This document shows positions 53,641 to 64,000 of a DNA stretch of 64,000 nucleotides, one piece after another. Source of the DNA: Octopus vulgaris (Eukaryota); assembly GCA_951406725.2 (NCBI GenBank), contig OX597814.1:204290001-204354000 (forward strand). The letters run 5' to 3'. A program made the position numbers and the translations under genes. Every line of letters begins with the position of its first letter. Positions within the stretch are counted from its first letter, which is position 1. Under the pieces are notes generated by a model, which saw nothing but the letters and a program-made list of their open reading frames with translations, was not told where the DNA came from and searched no databases.

Positions 53641-54404
53641 CATTGGTCTAGATGTTTGACAATATTTAGTTTATGATGATAATCCATCTTTGAGTTTAGA
53701 ACCTGCCAGGTCTGCCTTTGTCTTTCATCTCTCAAGAAGATAAATAATTCAGCTTCCCCCAATAGTCTTGCATGGTTCTTAAGGTCTAGACATAAGGACG
53801 TTTCATCATTTAACATCTGTTTTCCATGCTGGCATGGGTTGGACAATTTGACTGGCGCTGGTAAGTCAGAAAACTGCACAAAGGTTTGCTGTCTGTTTTA
53901 GCATGATTTCTGTTATTGGATGCCCTTCTTAATACCATATTTAAAGCTTATTGACAATGGTTAGAAGGTCAATAAAATATTTCATTGAACTAGTTACATC
54001 TGTTGTAGAAAAATTAACTAAATTGGATAAAATATTCACTCAAATCAGATAGGATTTGAAATCAAACTTTGGACCTTGATATCAGCAAATATCAACTCCT
54101 GCAAATATTACTCAGTAAATAAATATTCAGTTGGTATTTAGTATTAGTATTCAGTTGTTTGACCAAATGAACCGCTTATTGAATTAACATAAAAGTGGCT
54201 GAGTATTTCGTAGGTTTGTGTGCACTTTTAATGTAATCCTCAGGTAGAAATCAATATGATATAGTGAGTGTTAAGGTTGAACCATTGAATTACAGATACT
54301 ACTCATCCAATAGCCTTCTGTACAGTTTTCATCCACTCAATTCCACTCACAAGGATTGGGTCAACCTTAGGCATTGGTAAAAAATACTTGCTCAAGGTGT
54401 CACT

Positions 54405-56150
54405 GATTCCCAACACGGCTTCGTGCCGAAGAGATCATGCTTGACCAACTTACTAGTAATGGAAGAATTGGTGACGCGCATCCTCGATGATAGTGATGCT
54501 GTTGACATCGTTTTATTGGACTTTGCCAAAGCTTTTGACTCGGTAAACCACCGCCTACTACTTGTCAAGCTTCAAGCATATAGTTTCCATCCGGATATTG
54601 TACGATGGGTTGGTGCCTTCCTCTCAGATCGCTCCTTCCAAGTTCAAGTTAATGGTTCGCGGTCCGACGTCTCCAGTGCGAGCAGTGGCGTGCCTCAAGG
54701 TTCAGTGCTTGGGCCCTTGTTGTTCTTAGTCTTCATAAATGACTTGCCCGACGACCTCACGCAACACACCCTTCTATTTGCCGACGATATCAAACTGGTC
54801 GCTCCTCGCGGTAGTATAGAGGATCGTCGTCGATGCCTCCACCAAATTTGGAGACGGTCTAACGAATGGGACCTGTGTCTGAACGTGTCAAAGTGCTGTC
54901 ATCTGCCTGTCGGCTCTACTCCTGCAATTCAACTTGATTTCGAGCCGGGTCGTCTGCTGCTGGAGAGGACCGATCAGGTAAAGGACCTGGGTATCTTGGT
55001 GGATTCCTCCTTTTCGCCTTCGGCCCAGTGCGTCCATGCTGCCAACAAAGCGCGCGGAATTCTGTTTTTGATAAATAATAATAATAATAATAATAATAAT
55101 AATTGTGTACAGTGCTCAGGTGCACTACAACTCATCTAAAGTGTATATATAATCAGGTGTAGTTTCGGCGGATTTCGGAAAGCATGAGGGCCTTAAAAGA
55201 TGCAGTGTCATGGCAGTCAACAACTGATGCAGGCAGTTTATTCCATGCTTCAGCAATTCTGAGCGTGAAAAAATGTTTCCGAAAGTCATGGGAGCTGTAT
55301 TGTTTTCTGACTTTGTAGGCATGTCCACGTGTGTTAGACACATGGAGATCAAAAAGGTGTTCAGTGTTGTTGTTGGTGAGGTGGTTGATAACTTTGTGGG
55401 TGTTTACCAAGTCCGTCGCCAAACGCCGGAGCTTCAGTGAATCCATGCCCAGGGAAACAAGGCGCTCAGAATATGGTAGGTGTCTGATGGAGGGTATGCG
55501 TTTGGTTGCACGTCTCTGGACAGATTCCAGGAGGTCAATGTTCTGTGCAAGATAGGGTTGACGGTCATTTGGAATGCTCACAGCAGCCATATTCCTGCCA
55601 CTCTATGTCATGCTGGTGAGACCCATATTGGAGTATGGGATTCAAGCCTCTTCTCCTTATCTCCTCAAAGACATACAGCACCTCGAAAGAGTCCAGAGGC
55701 TGGCTACCCGCCTGGTTCATGGTCTCAAAAATTTGTCCTACGAAGAAAGGCTGAGGATGCTCGACCTTTGTTCTCTTGAAAAACGCCGCCGCCGTGGTGA
55801 TCTCATTCTCGCCCACAACATCATAAGCGGGAAGTGTAACCTCTCGAAAGAGCTGTTCTTCACTCCTGCTCCGGAGCGTCGGCTGCGGGGTCATTCCGAA
55901 AAGCTCTACCTGCAACGATTTCATCTCAATCGAAGGAGAGGAGCTTTCTCCGTCCGGGTTGCGGATCCGTGGAACAAGCTGCCAGACGAGATGGTGAAGA
56001 TGCCGACGACCGCTTTGTTCAAAGCCTCCCTGGACCTCAAGTGGCCTGAACTCTTTACATGAACACCACCCTGTACTTAACTCCATGTCCCCCTACATGG
56101 CCTTGCTATTTGCTTTTGAGCCAATTAACTAACTAACTAACTAACTAACT
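54405..56150 (+). mobile_element. Young 5'-truncated CR1-group LINE with a (TAAC)n tail, inserted in a SINE and itself interrupted
   Basis: [48 protein letters not shown] (54423-55070), resuming VRPILEY..LERVQR..SLEKRRRRGDLI..WNKLP (55561-56062); CpG-rich. Confidence 0.93.
55073..55560 (-). mobile_element. 3' fragment of another CR1-group LINE with an (ATT)n tail, nested in the previous element
   Basis: PYLAQNIDLLESVQRRATK..RGHAYK..WNKLPASVV (ORF 55153-55590); (AAT)n run at 55073-55103. Confidence 0.9.
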
Positions 56151-56296
56151 AATAGAACTGAGCCCAGGATCATGTGACTGTGAAGCAAACTTTTTTAAGC
56201 ATTCGATCATGTTGTATACATGCATTGCATACATACAAACATACATACATACATAATACACACATGCACACACACACATACATACATACACATACA

Positions 56297-56330
<34 letters not shown>

Positions 56331-56876
56331 CATACATACATACATACATGCATGCATACAAAAATACCTTGTTGTTGATGTTGAAATTCCAATGAAGAAG
56401 CTTTGGATCTAGGTTAGAAACCAGCTCTTTCTCTATTGGAAAGAAATTTTGACATAAAACTGAATAATGATATGCATGCATGCATACATACATACATCTC
56501 TTATCATACATACATACATGTGTACTTTCATAATTATGTCATTGATGCCTTAATTCCTATAAAAAAGCCTTACTCTGGGCTAGAAACTTCTCTTTTTTCT
56601 TTTTTTTTTTTGCATTTGTTACATTTTCCATTGTGTTCTGTTCTCTTAAAAAACAACAAATTTGAGTAAATTTGGCTGTTATCTCTAGTAGGTTGTGTAG
56701 CCTCATCATGTTAGAAGGAGAAACACTCCAAGCTTTTGAGATAATTAAAATAAATATAGTTATTTACCTGATGCTAGTACAATAGATGTAATTACCTGTA
56801 GACACTAGTACAATAAATGTTCTTATCTGCAGATATTAATGTAATAAATAAGAATGTAATTATTTACAGATATTAG

Positions 56877-57533
56877 CGTATAGCAGGGCTTTGGCCAGAT
56901 TTACACCACTTTGCTTGGATTTCCAGTTATGAGCCACAGCCTATTCATATAGCAATAAAAGGCACAACCAACCCCTTGTGAGGAGAGAACACTCACAGAA
57001 ATTTTAAGCAGTCAGTCAGCATTGATTGGCAAGTATCAGCTAACAGCAGTGAACATCAAAGAAGGGATATGAAAGTTTCCCACCAGTTTGCAACTTGATA
57101 GTTTTGGAATGTTTTGTTAGGGGTTATATAAGCTGGTGATTTGGACTCCACACCAGAATCAACTCACATTCCACATAGAACTTTGTCACTAAGTTTCACG
57201 AGATATATTCTCACCTGTTTCTAATTGTCCTTATACTTTAAGAATACATGGTCAACAAAAGTTAATTAGCCTTGTTTAAATGTTGATATCCATCTACCAC
57301 TCTATTTATCAACTCTTTTTTAAGATCATTCTCAGTATCTTCCATGTTGTAAATCTTCAAGTATTACCTGCAGATACACAGGAATGTTCATCAACACCTT
57401 AATACACATGTAAGGTATAAACAATAAAATTTAATAAATGGATGGAAATAAATATTTATTTGTATGGTCATTCTTGTCTGTGAATACAGTTTCTTACCTA
57501 ATTAGCAATGACATAATAATGACCCCACCCACA
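56877..57533 (+). mobile_element. Possible solo LTR within a ~30-bp degenerate tandem repeat
   Basis: Order of ATTGG (reverse CCAAT, 57026), TATATAAG (57125), AATAAA cluster (57423-57452) and terminal ...ACCCACA; flanked on both sides by TACCTG.AGATATTA.TG.AATA.ATGT units. Confidence 0.35.
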
Positions 57534-58006
57534 AATGCAATAGATGTAGTTACCTTCTGATATTAATGTAATAGATGTAAATTATTGGTGGGATAAATAT
57601 TGCTATTAAAAGGTAGTAGTGCAATAAATGTAGGTATCCATTAGCATATTAGTTCAACTTAAATTGCCGCAAGTTAGTGACTCAAGGGAAACTGTGAACA
57701 GAAAGAATTTCAATTGGAAGTAGTTATGGGAGGAAGAACTGGATAAATGTGGTCTTAAGTTCAAATTGAAGGGTTAGCCTCAAAATAAATGTAATATTTT
57801 GTTTGTTTCAATTTGTCTGGCTGAAAAGAAACTGGTTCTATGTACTCCTACTACATAATTGAGTGGTTAGTGGTGGAAATGACATCAAGCTTTAAAACTT
57901 ATTGATCCAACAAAAGTAACCTTATCTATTAGTAGAATATATAAAGATATCTAAGAACAGAGAAAAAAGTTATAAGCAATAGAGAACTCAATGCTAGAAG
58001 ACAAGT

Positions 58007-58029
<23 letters not shown>

Positions 58030-58053
<24 letters not shown>

Positions 58054-58090
58054 TCAGCTCAGAGCTGCGGTCATGCTGATGCACCGCCGT
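58030..58090 (-). mobile_element. Tiny 3'-terminal copy of the 17319-20280 LINE in a (TA)n tract
   Basis: GTTTCAGCTCAGAGCTGCGGTCATGCTGATGCACCGCC matches 17346-17384 GTTTCAGCTAATGAGCTGTGGCCATGCTGGGGCACCGCC. Confidence 0.8.
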
Positions 58091-58091
58091 T

Positions 58092-58320
58092 ATATATATA
58101 AGAAATTAAAGAAGGAAAATGCATATATTTTTTAATATATTTTATATAGTTTTTGTCGACCAGTTTTTTTTTTTATGGACAAAAAGATTTTTCTTAAGAA
58201 AATACGTAAATAATTTTAATGTCATGATTAGCGAAAGCGAAACTGGTTGACAAACACAATATAAATATATTAAAACTACATAGTGTGTGCATTTTCCTTC
58301 TTTAATTTCCTTTATATATA
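58092..58320. repeat. Fold-back element, Penelope pLTR-like
   Basis: AGAAATTAAAGAAGGAAAATGCA / TGCATTTTCCTTCTTTAATTTC and TTGTCGACCAGTTT / AAACTGGTTGACAA arms. Confidence 0.75.
58220..58252 (+). ncRNA. Minimal type I hammerhead-ribozyme-like motif (variant core)
   Basis: TGTC-ATGATTA-GC GAAA GC-GAAA-C TG G-TT|GACA: stem I TGTC/GACA, stem II GC-GAAA-GC, GAAAC...GUH. Confidence 0.5.
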
Positions 58321-58368
58321 TTACAACTCACCATATGGAGATAATCGAAATTCCTCCCTTTCTGTCAC

Positions 58369-58412
<44 letters not shown>

Positions 58413-58749
58413 GTGCAAATCTACAAGAGCCAAGAGGATGTATGCATGGAATGCATACATTTGTATAAAATAGAAAAAAAGAATGGGTGTATAACATTTT
58501 GAGTATGGCTCTTTGTCAGAAAGAGGAGAGAAGAAAGGTCCAGAGAAGGGAAAAAGTTCAAGAAGTGCATATAAATATATGCACTCTGTTGGGTGGTTGC
58601 TGTTAATAAGGGCATCCAGCAATTAAAAAACAACATGCTATATCAGACACTGAAGACTGGTGCAGTCTTCTGCCTAACTAGCTTCTGTCAAACCATCAAA
58701 CCCATGCCAGCATGGAAAGCAGACATTAAATGATGATGATCATGATGAC

Positions 58750-58828
<79 letters not shown>

Positions 58829-58879
58829 AGCATATATGTGAGAGTAGTGTGTATGTATGTATGTATGTTCATTCGATCT

Positions 58880-61800
58880 TTCAGCAGGTCTTGCTCTTAA
58901 TCCTGCTGAGTTTCTTAGCAACCCTCCTCATCAGAGTAGACTGGTGGGGGTGCCAGTTTAGTCGATAACAACACGACCATGTTACCAGTAGCATTTATGA
59001 GAGCCTCATAAGTGACCTGACAAATACCCAACAGAGAGCTATACTTAGGAAAATCCCCAATTCTGATAAAATCATTCTACTGGGGGATTTCAATGCCAGG
59101 GTCGGAACAGACTGGCAAACATGAAGCTCTCTAGGACTTTTTGGTGTAGGGAAAATGAATAGCAATGGTCTCATGCTGCTGGAGCTTTGCAATGAACATG
59201 GAATTTACATTGCAAGCACTCATTATATGCACAAAAGTAATCACAACAATGTGGATGCATCCAAGGTCTAAAGTTTGGCACTTGCTGGATTATGTCATCA
59301 TCCGTAAGTATGACATCTATGACTTTTGTAATGTCAAGTCCTTTCATGGATCACAATGCTGGATAGACCACAGTCTGATGCAAGCAAAGTTTTGGATGAT
59401 GATTAGAGTGAAAGAGAGAAGAGGACCAGTTGACATTCCTTGGTGACTGAATGTCCACAAGACATATGATGCTGTGTTGAGGAAAGAGCTCGAGACTCAC
59501 TAGTCCAGCATTGAAAATTCTACAGTATGGGAAGATTTTCAAGACCAGCTCCTTCAATATGCAGCTGAATCACTGGGATATGCTACTGCCAGATACAGAG
59601 ACTGGTTTGATGAAAATGATGCTAAGGTTCAGCAACTATTGGTTGTAAAGCACCATGCCCACAATGTATTGCTGCACAGAGGACTTTCAGCTGTGCAGTG
59701 AAATCTAGCACTTGCCCACTTATAACAGTGTAAAATCACTACTGCAGCAATCTCTCAGGAAGATGCAGAACACTTGGTGGGAGGATCTTGTTCATGACGT
59801 TCAGGCTGCTGCTGATGCAAATGACAGCAAGAAGCTTTACCATCCTATGAAGCAAGTTTATTGGCCTCAGAGCTCTACATCACCTCTTTTGCTTTCCCAG
59901 GAGTTTCTACTTTATTTACTAAATCAACAGAAATCACAGGTCGCTGAAGTGAACACTTCTCTGAACTCCTGAATTATGAGTCAGTTGTGATTGAAACAGT
60001 GATTGATACTATGCAACAAAGACCTACCATTGGCTCCTTAAATTCCACACCCTCAACAGATGAGATAATGACAGTAATAAGTAAATTGAATCTTGGTAGG
60101 GCACCTGTAAGGGATGGAATTTGTGCTGAGGTCTTGCAATTTGGTGGTGATTGCATCATACACAGTCCCTTCATGAACTTATTAGCGTAGTCTGGAGGGA
60201 TGGTGCAATGCCTAGGGACTGAAAGGATACAATTATTCTTCCTCTTTATAAGGAAAAAGGAGTTAGAATATTGTGTGGTAACTACAGAGGTATTGCTCTA
60301 CTATCAGCTGCTGGCAAGGTTCTGGCAAATATTCTTCTTACCTGCCTGGATGGGTGTCTTGTAAATTATGTCCTATCTGATTTTCAATGTGGCTTTCGAT
60401 CTGATAGCAGGACAATGAATATGATTTTCACAGCAAGACAAATGCAGGAGAAGTGTTATGAGCAGAATATAGATCTTGAATAGGGCCTTGATATGAAAAA
60501 TACTTGGCAAACTTGGACGTCCATATCACTTTGTATCTATAATTTCATGATAGGATGGAGGCTTAGATCAATGTTGGTGTGGGCATGGCAGGACCTGTAG
60601 AGAATGGTGTCAAGCAGGGTGACATCCTTGCCTCAACTCTCTTTTCTTTGTACTTTGCTGCTGCTTTTACTCATGCTTTTGCTAAGACTAGCTCTCTGGG
60701 AATATATGTCAGATATCAATCTTCTGACCGCCTCTTTAATCTGCTGCCAATTCAGAAGTTTTCTAGTCTCTTAGTCATGACCTCCTTTATGCAGATGACT
60801 GTGACTTAGTCACTCATACAGTGGATGATATGCAAATACTTATGAATTGTATTTCTACATCTTGCAAGGCATTTGGACTCAGCATTAGCCTGGACAAGAC
60901 TTTTGTAATGTTCCAGCCTGCACCAGGAAATCTATATGTAGAACTAACTATCTTGGTTGAAGGAACACTACTGAAAGTGGTAGACAAGTTTGTCTACCTG
61001 GGCAGCACACTCAGCCGTTCTTGCTCTCTAGATCATAGGGTGACATGTCATGCTTGAGGAGACCTAATGAGTCAGGTACATCCAAATCAAATTAAATCAC
61101 AATCAAATGGAAATTGTAGTTGTGATCCCCATGCCAGTGGCACGTATAAAGCACCAACCGAATATGGTCGATGCCAGCACTGCCTTGACTGGTTTCTGTG
61201 CCCGTGGAATGTAAAAAGCACCATCTGATCATGGCTATTGCCAGCCCCCTCTGGCCTCTGTGCCAGTGGCAAGTAAAAAAGTACCTGCTACACTCTCGGA
61301 GTGGATGGCATTAGGAAGGGCATCCAGCTGTAGAAACACTGTCTGATGAGACTGGAGCCTAATGCAGCCTCCTGGCTTCTCAGACACTAGTCAAACCGTC
61401 CAACTCATGCCAGCATGGAAAATGAACTTTAAACGATGATGCTGCAGAGAGCAACTGATTCCTTCTGGTCTTTTGAATTTTGTGTCTGGTCCTAGCATGG
61501 CATCACAAGGTAAACAAAAATTGCTGTGTACTGTGTATGTATACTGACATCATTCCTTTATTCATGTCAGACATGTATCCTTTACAAACGTCATGTAAAG
61601 GTCCTTGAACGTTTTCATCAGAGATGTCTCAGATACATTCTCAATGTTGGCTGGACCTTAAAAACTCCAGACATACAGGTCCTGAAGAAAGCTGATGTCT
61701 TAAGTATTGAGGCAATGGTGCACAAGCACCAGTTACGTTGGACTGGACACCTTATTAGAATGAAGGATAGCAGGATCCCTAAATAGATGTTATAGGGGGA

Positions 61801-62200
61801 ACTTAATAGTGGGAAGAGGCCCTAGCAGAAACAAAGGACTGTGATTTAAGGACTGTGTCAAGTCCTCATTAAAGGCTTGTGATATGCAGAAGACTGACTG
61901 GGAGAGCAATGCCTGTCATCGCCACAGATAGAGGAAGCCGGTTAAGTAGGGGGTCAACAACTTTGAAAGAGCACTATTCTGCATGAAGAATTTAAGTATG
62001 CTGCTCGAAAGCACACTGCTAGCATAGTGAATGGGGAAGGCTTGGTTTGCAATGTTTGCAGTTGTGTATGCTTGTCAAGAGCAGGGCTCATTAGCCACCA
62101 ACAGAGCCGCAAATGCAAAATATAAGTTAGTCCTAGAGTGCACAATGTTCCTAAAGGTCAGCAATGGTCTTCCTCGGTCACAAGTGGACAGCCATCATCA
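58880..62200 (+). mobile_element. Decayed near-full-length RTE/BovB-type LINE
   Basis: ILLGDFNARVG, TTMWMHPRSKVWHLLDYVI, CGNYRGIALLSAAGKVLA, QCGFR, NGVKQGDILASTLFSL, FVYLGSTLS, LERFHQRCLR, QLRWTGHLIRM..SRIPK, and a C-terminal C2H2-like CNVCSCVCLSRAGLISH. Confidence 0.9.
61050..61443 (+). mobile_element. 3'UTR fragment of the dominant RTE family inserted into the BovB-type LINE
   Basis: UTR units, terminal hairpin and GAT tail; ATGCT at both junctions (61050-61054, 61439-61443). Confidence 0.85.
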
Positions 62201-62330
62201 TGTATGTTTGTGTGTATATTATCTTAGGTGGATATTCCCTCATTACACTCCAACTATAACTTGGCTCTTCAGGTAACATTTATTTATAATCCTTCTTGAG
62301 ATACTTTATAAAATATATAAATTGGAAACA

Positions 62331-62395
<65 letters not shown>

Positions 62396-63916
62396 GTGGC
62401 TCTTACTACTGGGTTTAAACTGTGGAGAATACATTCCCGTTGCAGTTGTGTATACCATGTGACTGTGTTCATTTCGACAGACTTTTATAAACATTTATGT
62501 GTATAACATTGTGTACCAGTGCGTTCATTTAAATTGCATCTTCTTTTCAATGGTTTAATACGTGCACAAGTAAATGTATGCATATATTAACGTGTCACTG
62601 TCTACATACTGAGGTGTATACGTGTCCACATGTATGAGTCTACTGGGGCGCCAAACTAGCGATTGCTAAGTATATTTTTGGAACAAGGGAGGTCACTCTA
62701 ACTTTACAACTAATTAAACAGTGTGTCGTTTGAGAATAGAAAATATTAATTGGAGATAGAAATATGTTATCAATTGGGATTTCGTGTTTTCCCCATAGGG
62801 AAATCATTAAGGTTTCTATATAGATAGTTATTAACTAATTAAAGAAATTAGGTCACTTAACTGTATGTTATTAATTAGATACGAAATACTGGTAAAAGGC
62901 AATAACAAAAAACGTGCAAAAAAACCTTAATGACATCTCAAGATGAAATCCCAATAGAACACACATTTCCCTTTCCTTTTCATTTTTATTCATTTTACTC
63001 TCCTGCTAGTATTTCGTTCCTAATTAGTAACAGAGAAAGAAGGATCTAATTTTTTTAATAAATTAATAACTACATACATGAAAACCTTAACGATATCCTA
63101 AAAGGTGGGAAACGCGAAACCCCAAAGGATTTCTGTTTTCAATTGATATTTTCTATTCTCTTTACGTTCCGAGTTCAAATTCCGCTGAGGTCGACTTTGT
63201 CTTTCATCCTTTAGAGGTCGATAAATTAAGCACCAGTTGCGTATTGGGGTCGATCTAACCGACTGGCCCCCTCCCAAAAAATTTGGAAACTTGTACCTAG
63301 AACAGAAAAGAATATTTTCTATTCTCATCGCCTTTCAAATGGGACTTTTGTTTAATTAATAGTAAAGTTAGAGTGACCTCCCTTTTTTTATAAATATACT
63401 TAGCAACCGATAGGTTTGAACTCCAGAAGACATTTATATACAGTGGCCCGGGAACAAAATTTGCTTAGGGGGTGCAAACTCAGTTCCAAAATTTGGCACT
63501 ACTGGAGAAGTGTGGATCCGAGTTCTGGGAGTGTGCATGTCACAAATTTGCGCATGCGAGCGCGTTAGTCGTAAGTAGTTGATTTTAGCACACAGGTAAA
63601 CAACTAGACGCGCGCTACTTGCTGTAAATGGAGGGTTGGTTATCCATCTAATACAAGAAGAAAACTGCAGATAAATTGAATAAAAACATGAAAAATAACA
63701 AAATGATATTTCATTGAAAAGTAAACCATTCTGAAAGATAGTTCAGAATGTTTTCAAAACATTCATCTCCAGCTTTTCCCATATTTTATTAAGGGTTAGG
63801 GTTTAGGAGCTTTTGTTTTTATGACCGGGTCAAACGCTTTAAATTGATCGTTTAGGGTTAGGGGAGTTTAATGTTTTTTACAGTATTCAATGATTATTTT
63901 TCACTTTTATATTCAA

Positions 63917-64000
63917 CTAGCAGTATCGCCCGGCGTTGCTCGGGTTTGTAAGGGAAATAACTATATAAGCATTTTTAGAGAGTTACTTCCCTTATAGATG
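63917..64000 (-). mobile_element. 3' end of a second copy of the Helitron-like element (runs off the window)
   Basis: CTAGCAGTATCGCCCGGCGTTGCTCGGGTTTGTAAGGGAAATAACTATATAAGCATTTTTAGAGAGTTACTTCCCTTATA is the reverse complement of about 5557-5636; CTAG is followed by T on the minus strand. Confidence 0.85.

Noticed and set aside
57325-57414. Possible + strand exon
   Set aside because: All three frames from this acceptor end in stops, and the segment lies inside the putative solo LTR
61343-61352. CTGATGAG hammerhead-like core
   Set aside because: A mutated version of the RTE 3'UTR sequence CCAGATCAGACTGG; no downstream stem II/GAAA arrangement
63793-63865. Telomere or interstitial telomere
   Set aside because: Only 2-3 imperfect TTAGGG units, not an array

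Overview
Eukaryotic, very AT-rich and microsatellite-rich (TA/CA/GA/GAT/TAT) intronic or intergenic DNA. The repeat families suggest an Octopus (coleoid cephalopod) genome; this is inferred from recalled family resemblance, not a database search. Most of the window is transposable elements. One RTE-clade LINE family dominates: a near-intact 5'-truncated copy at 35407-38636, several decayed copies and many short 3'-end fragments. Also present are CR1/L2-group LINEs (two young copies at 15.1-20.3 kb and a nested pair at 54.4-56.2 kb), two HERO-like RLE LINE relics, a decayed RTE/BovB-type LINE, a DD37D (maT) and a DD34D mariner relic, two copies of a non-autonomous Helitron, tRNA-derived SINEs, two probable solo LTRs and three long fold-back palindromes. 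No complete host gene is visible, only a few candidate + strand exons (best 46900-47094). Most listed ORFs are microsatellite artefacts or antisense to TE ORFs. Highlights: a minimal hammerhead-ribozyme-like motif with a compensatory A3:U8 core inside a Penelope-like fold-back; a PHD-type finger embedded in the RTE ORF after the RT core; repeated coincidence of element junctions with (TA)n/(CA)n arrays; and a solo-LTR-like insert carrying clustered HSE, NF-kB-like and CRE motifs. Boundaries of decayed elements are approximate.
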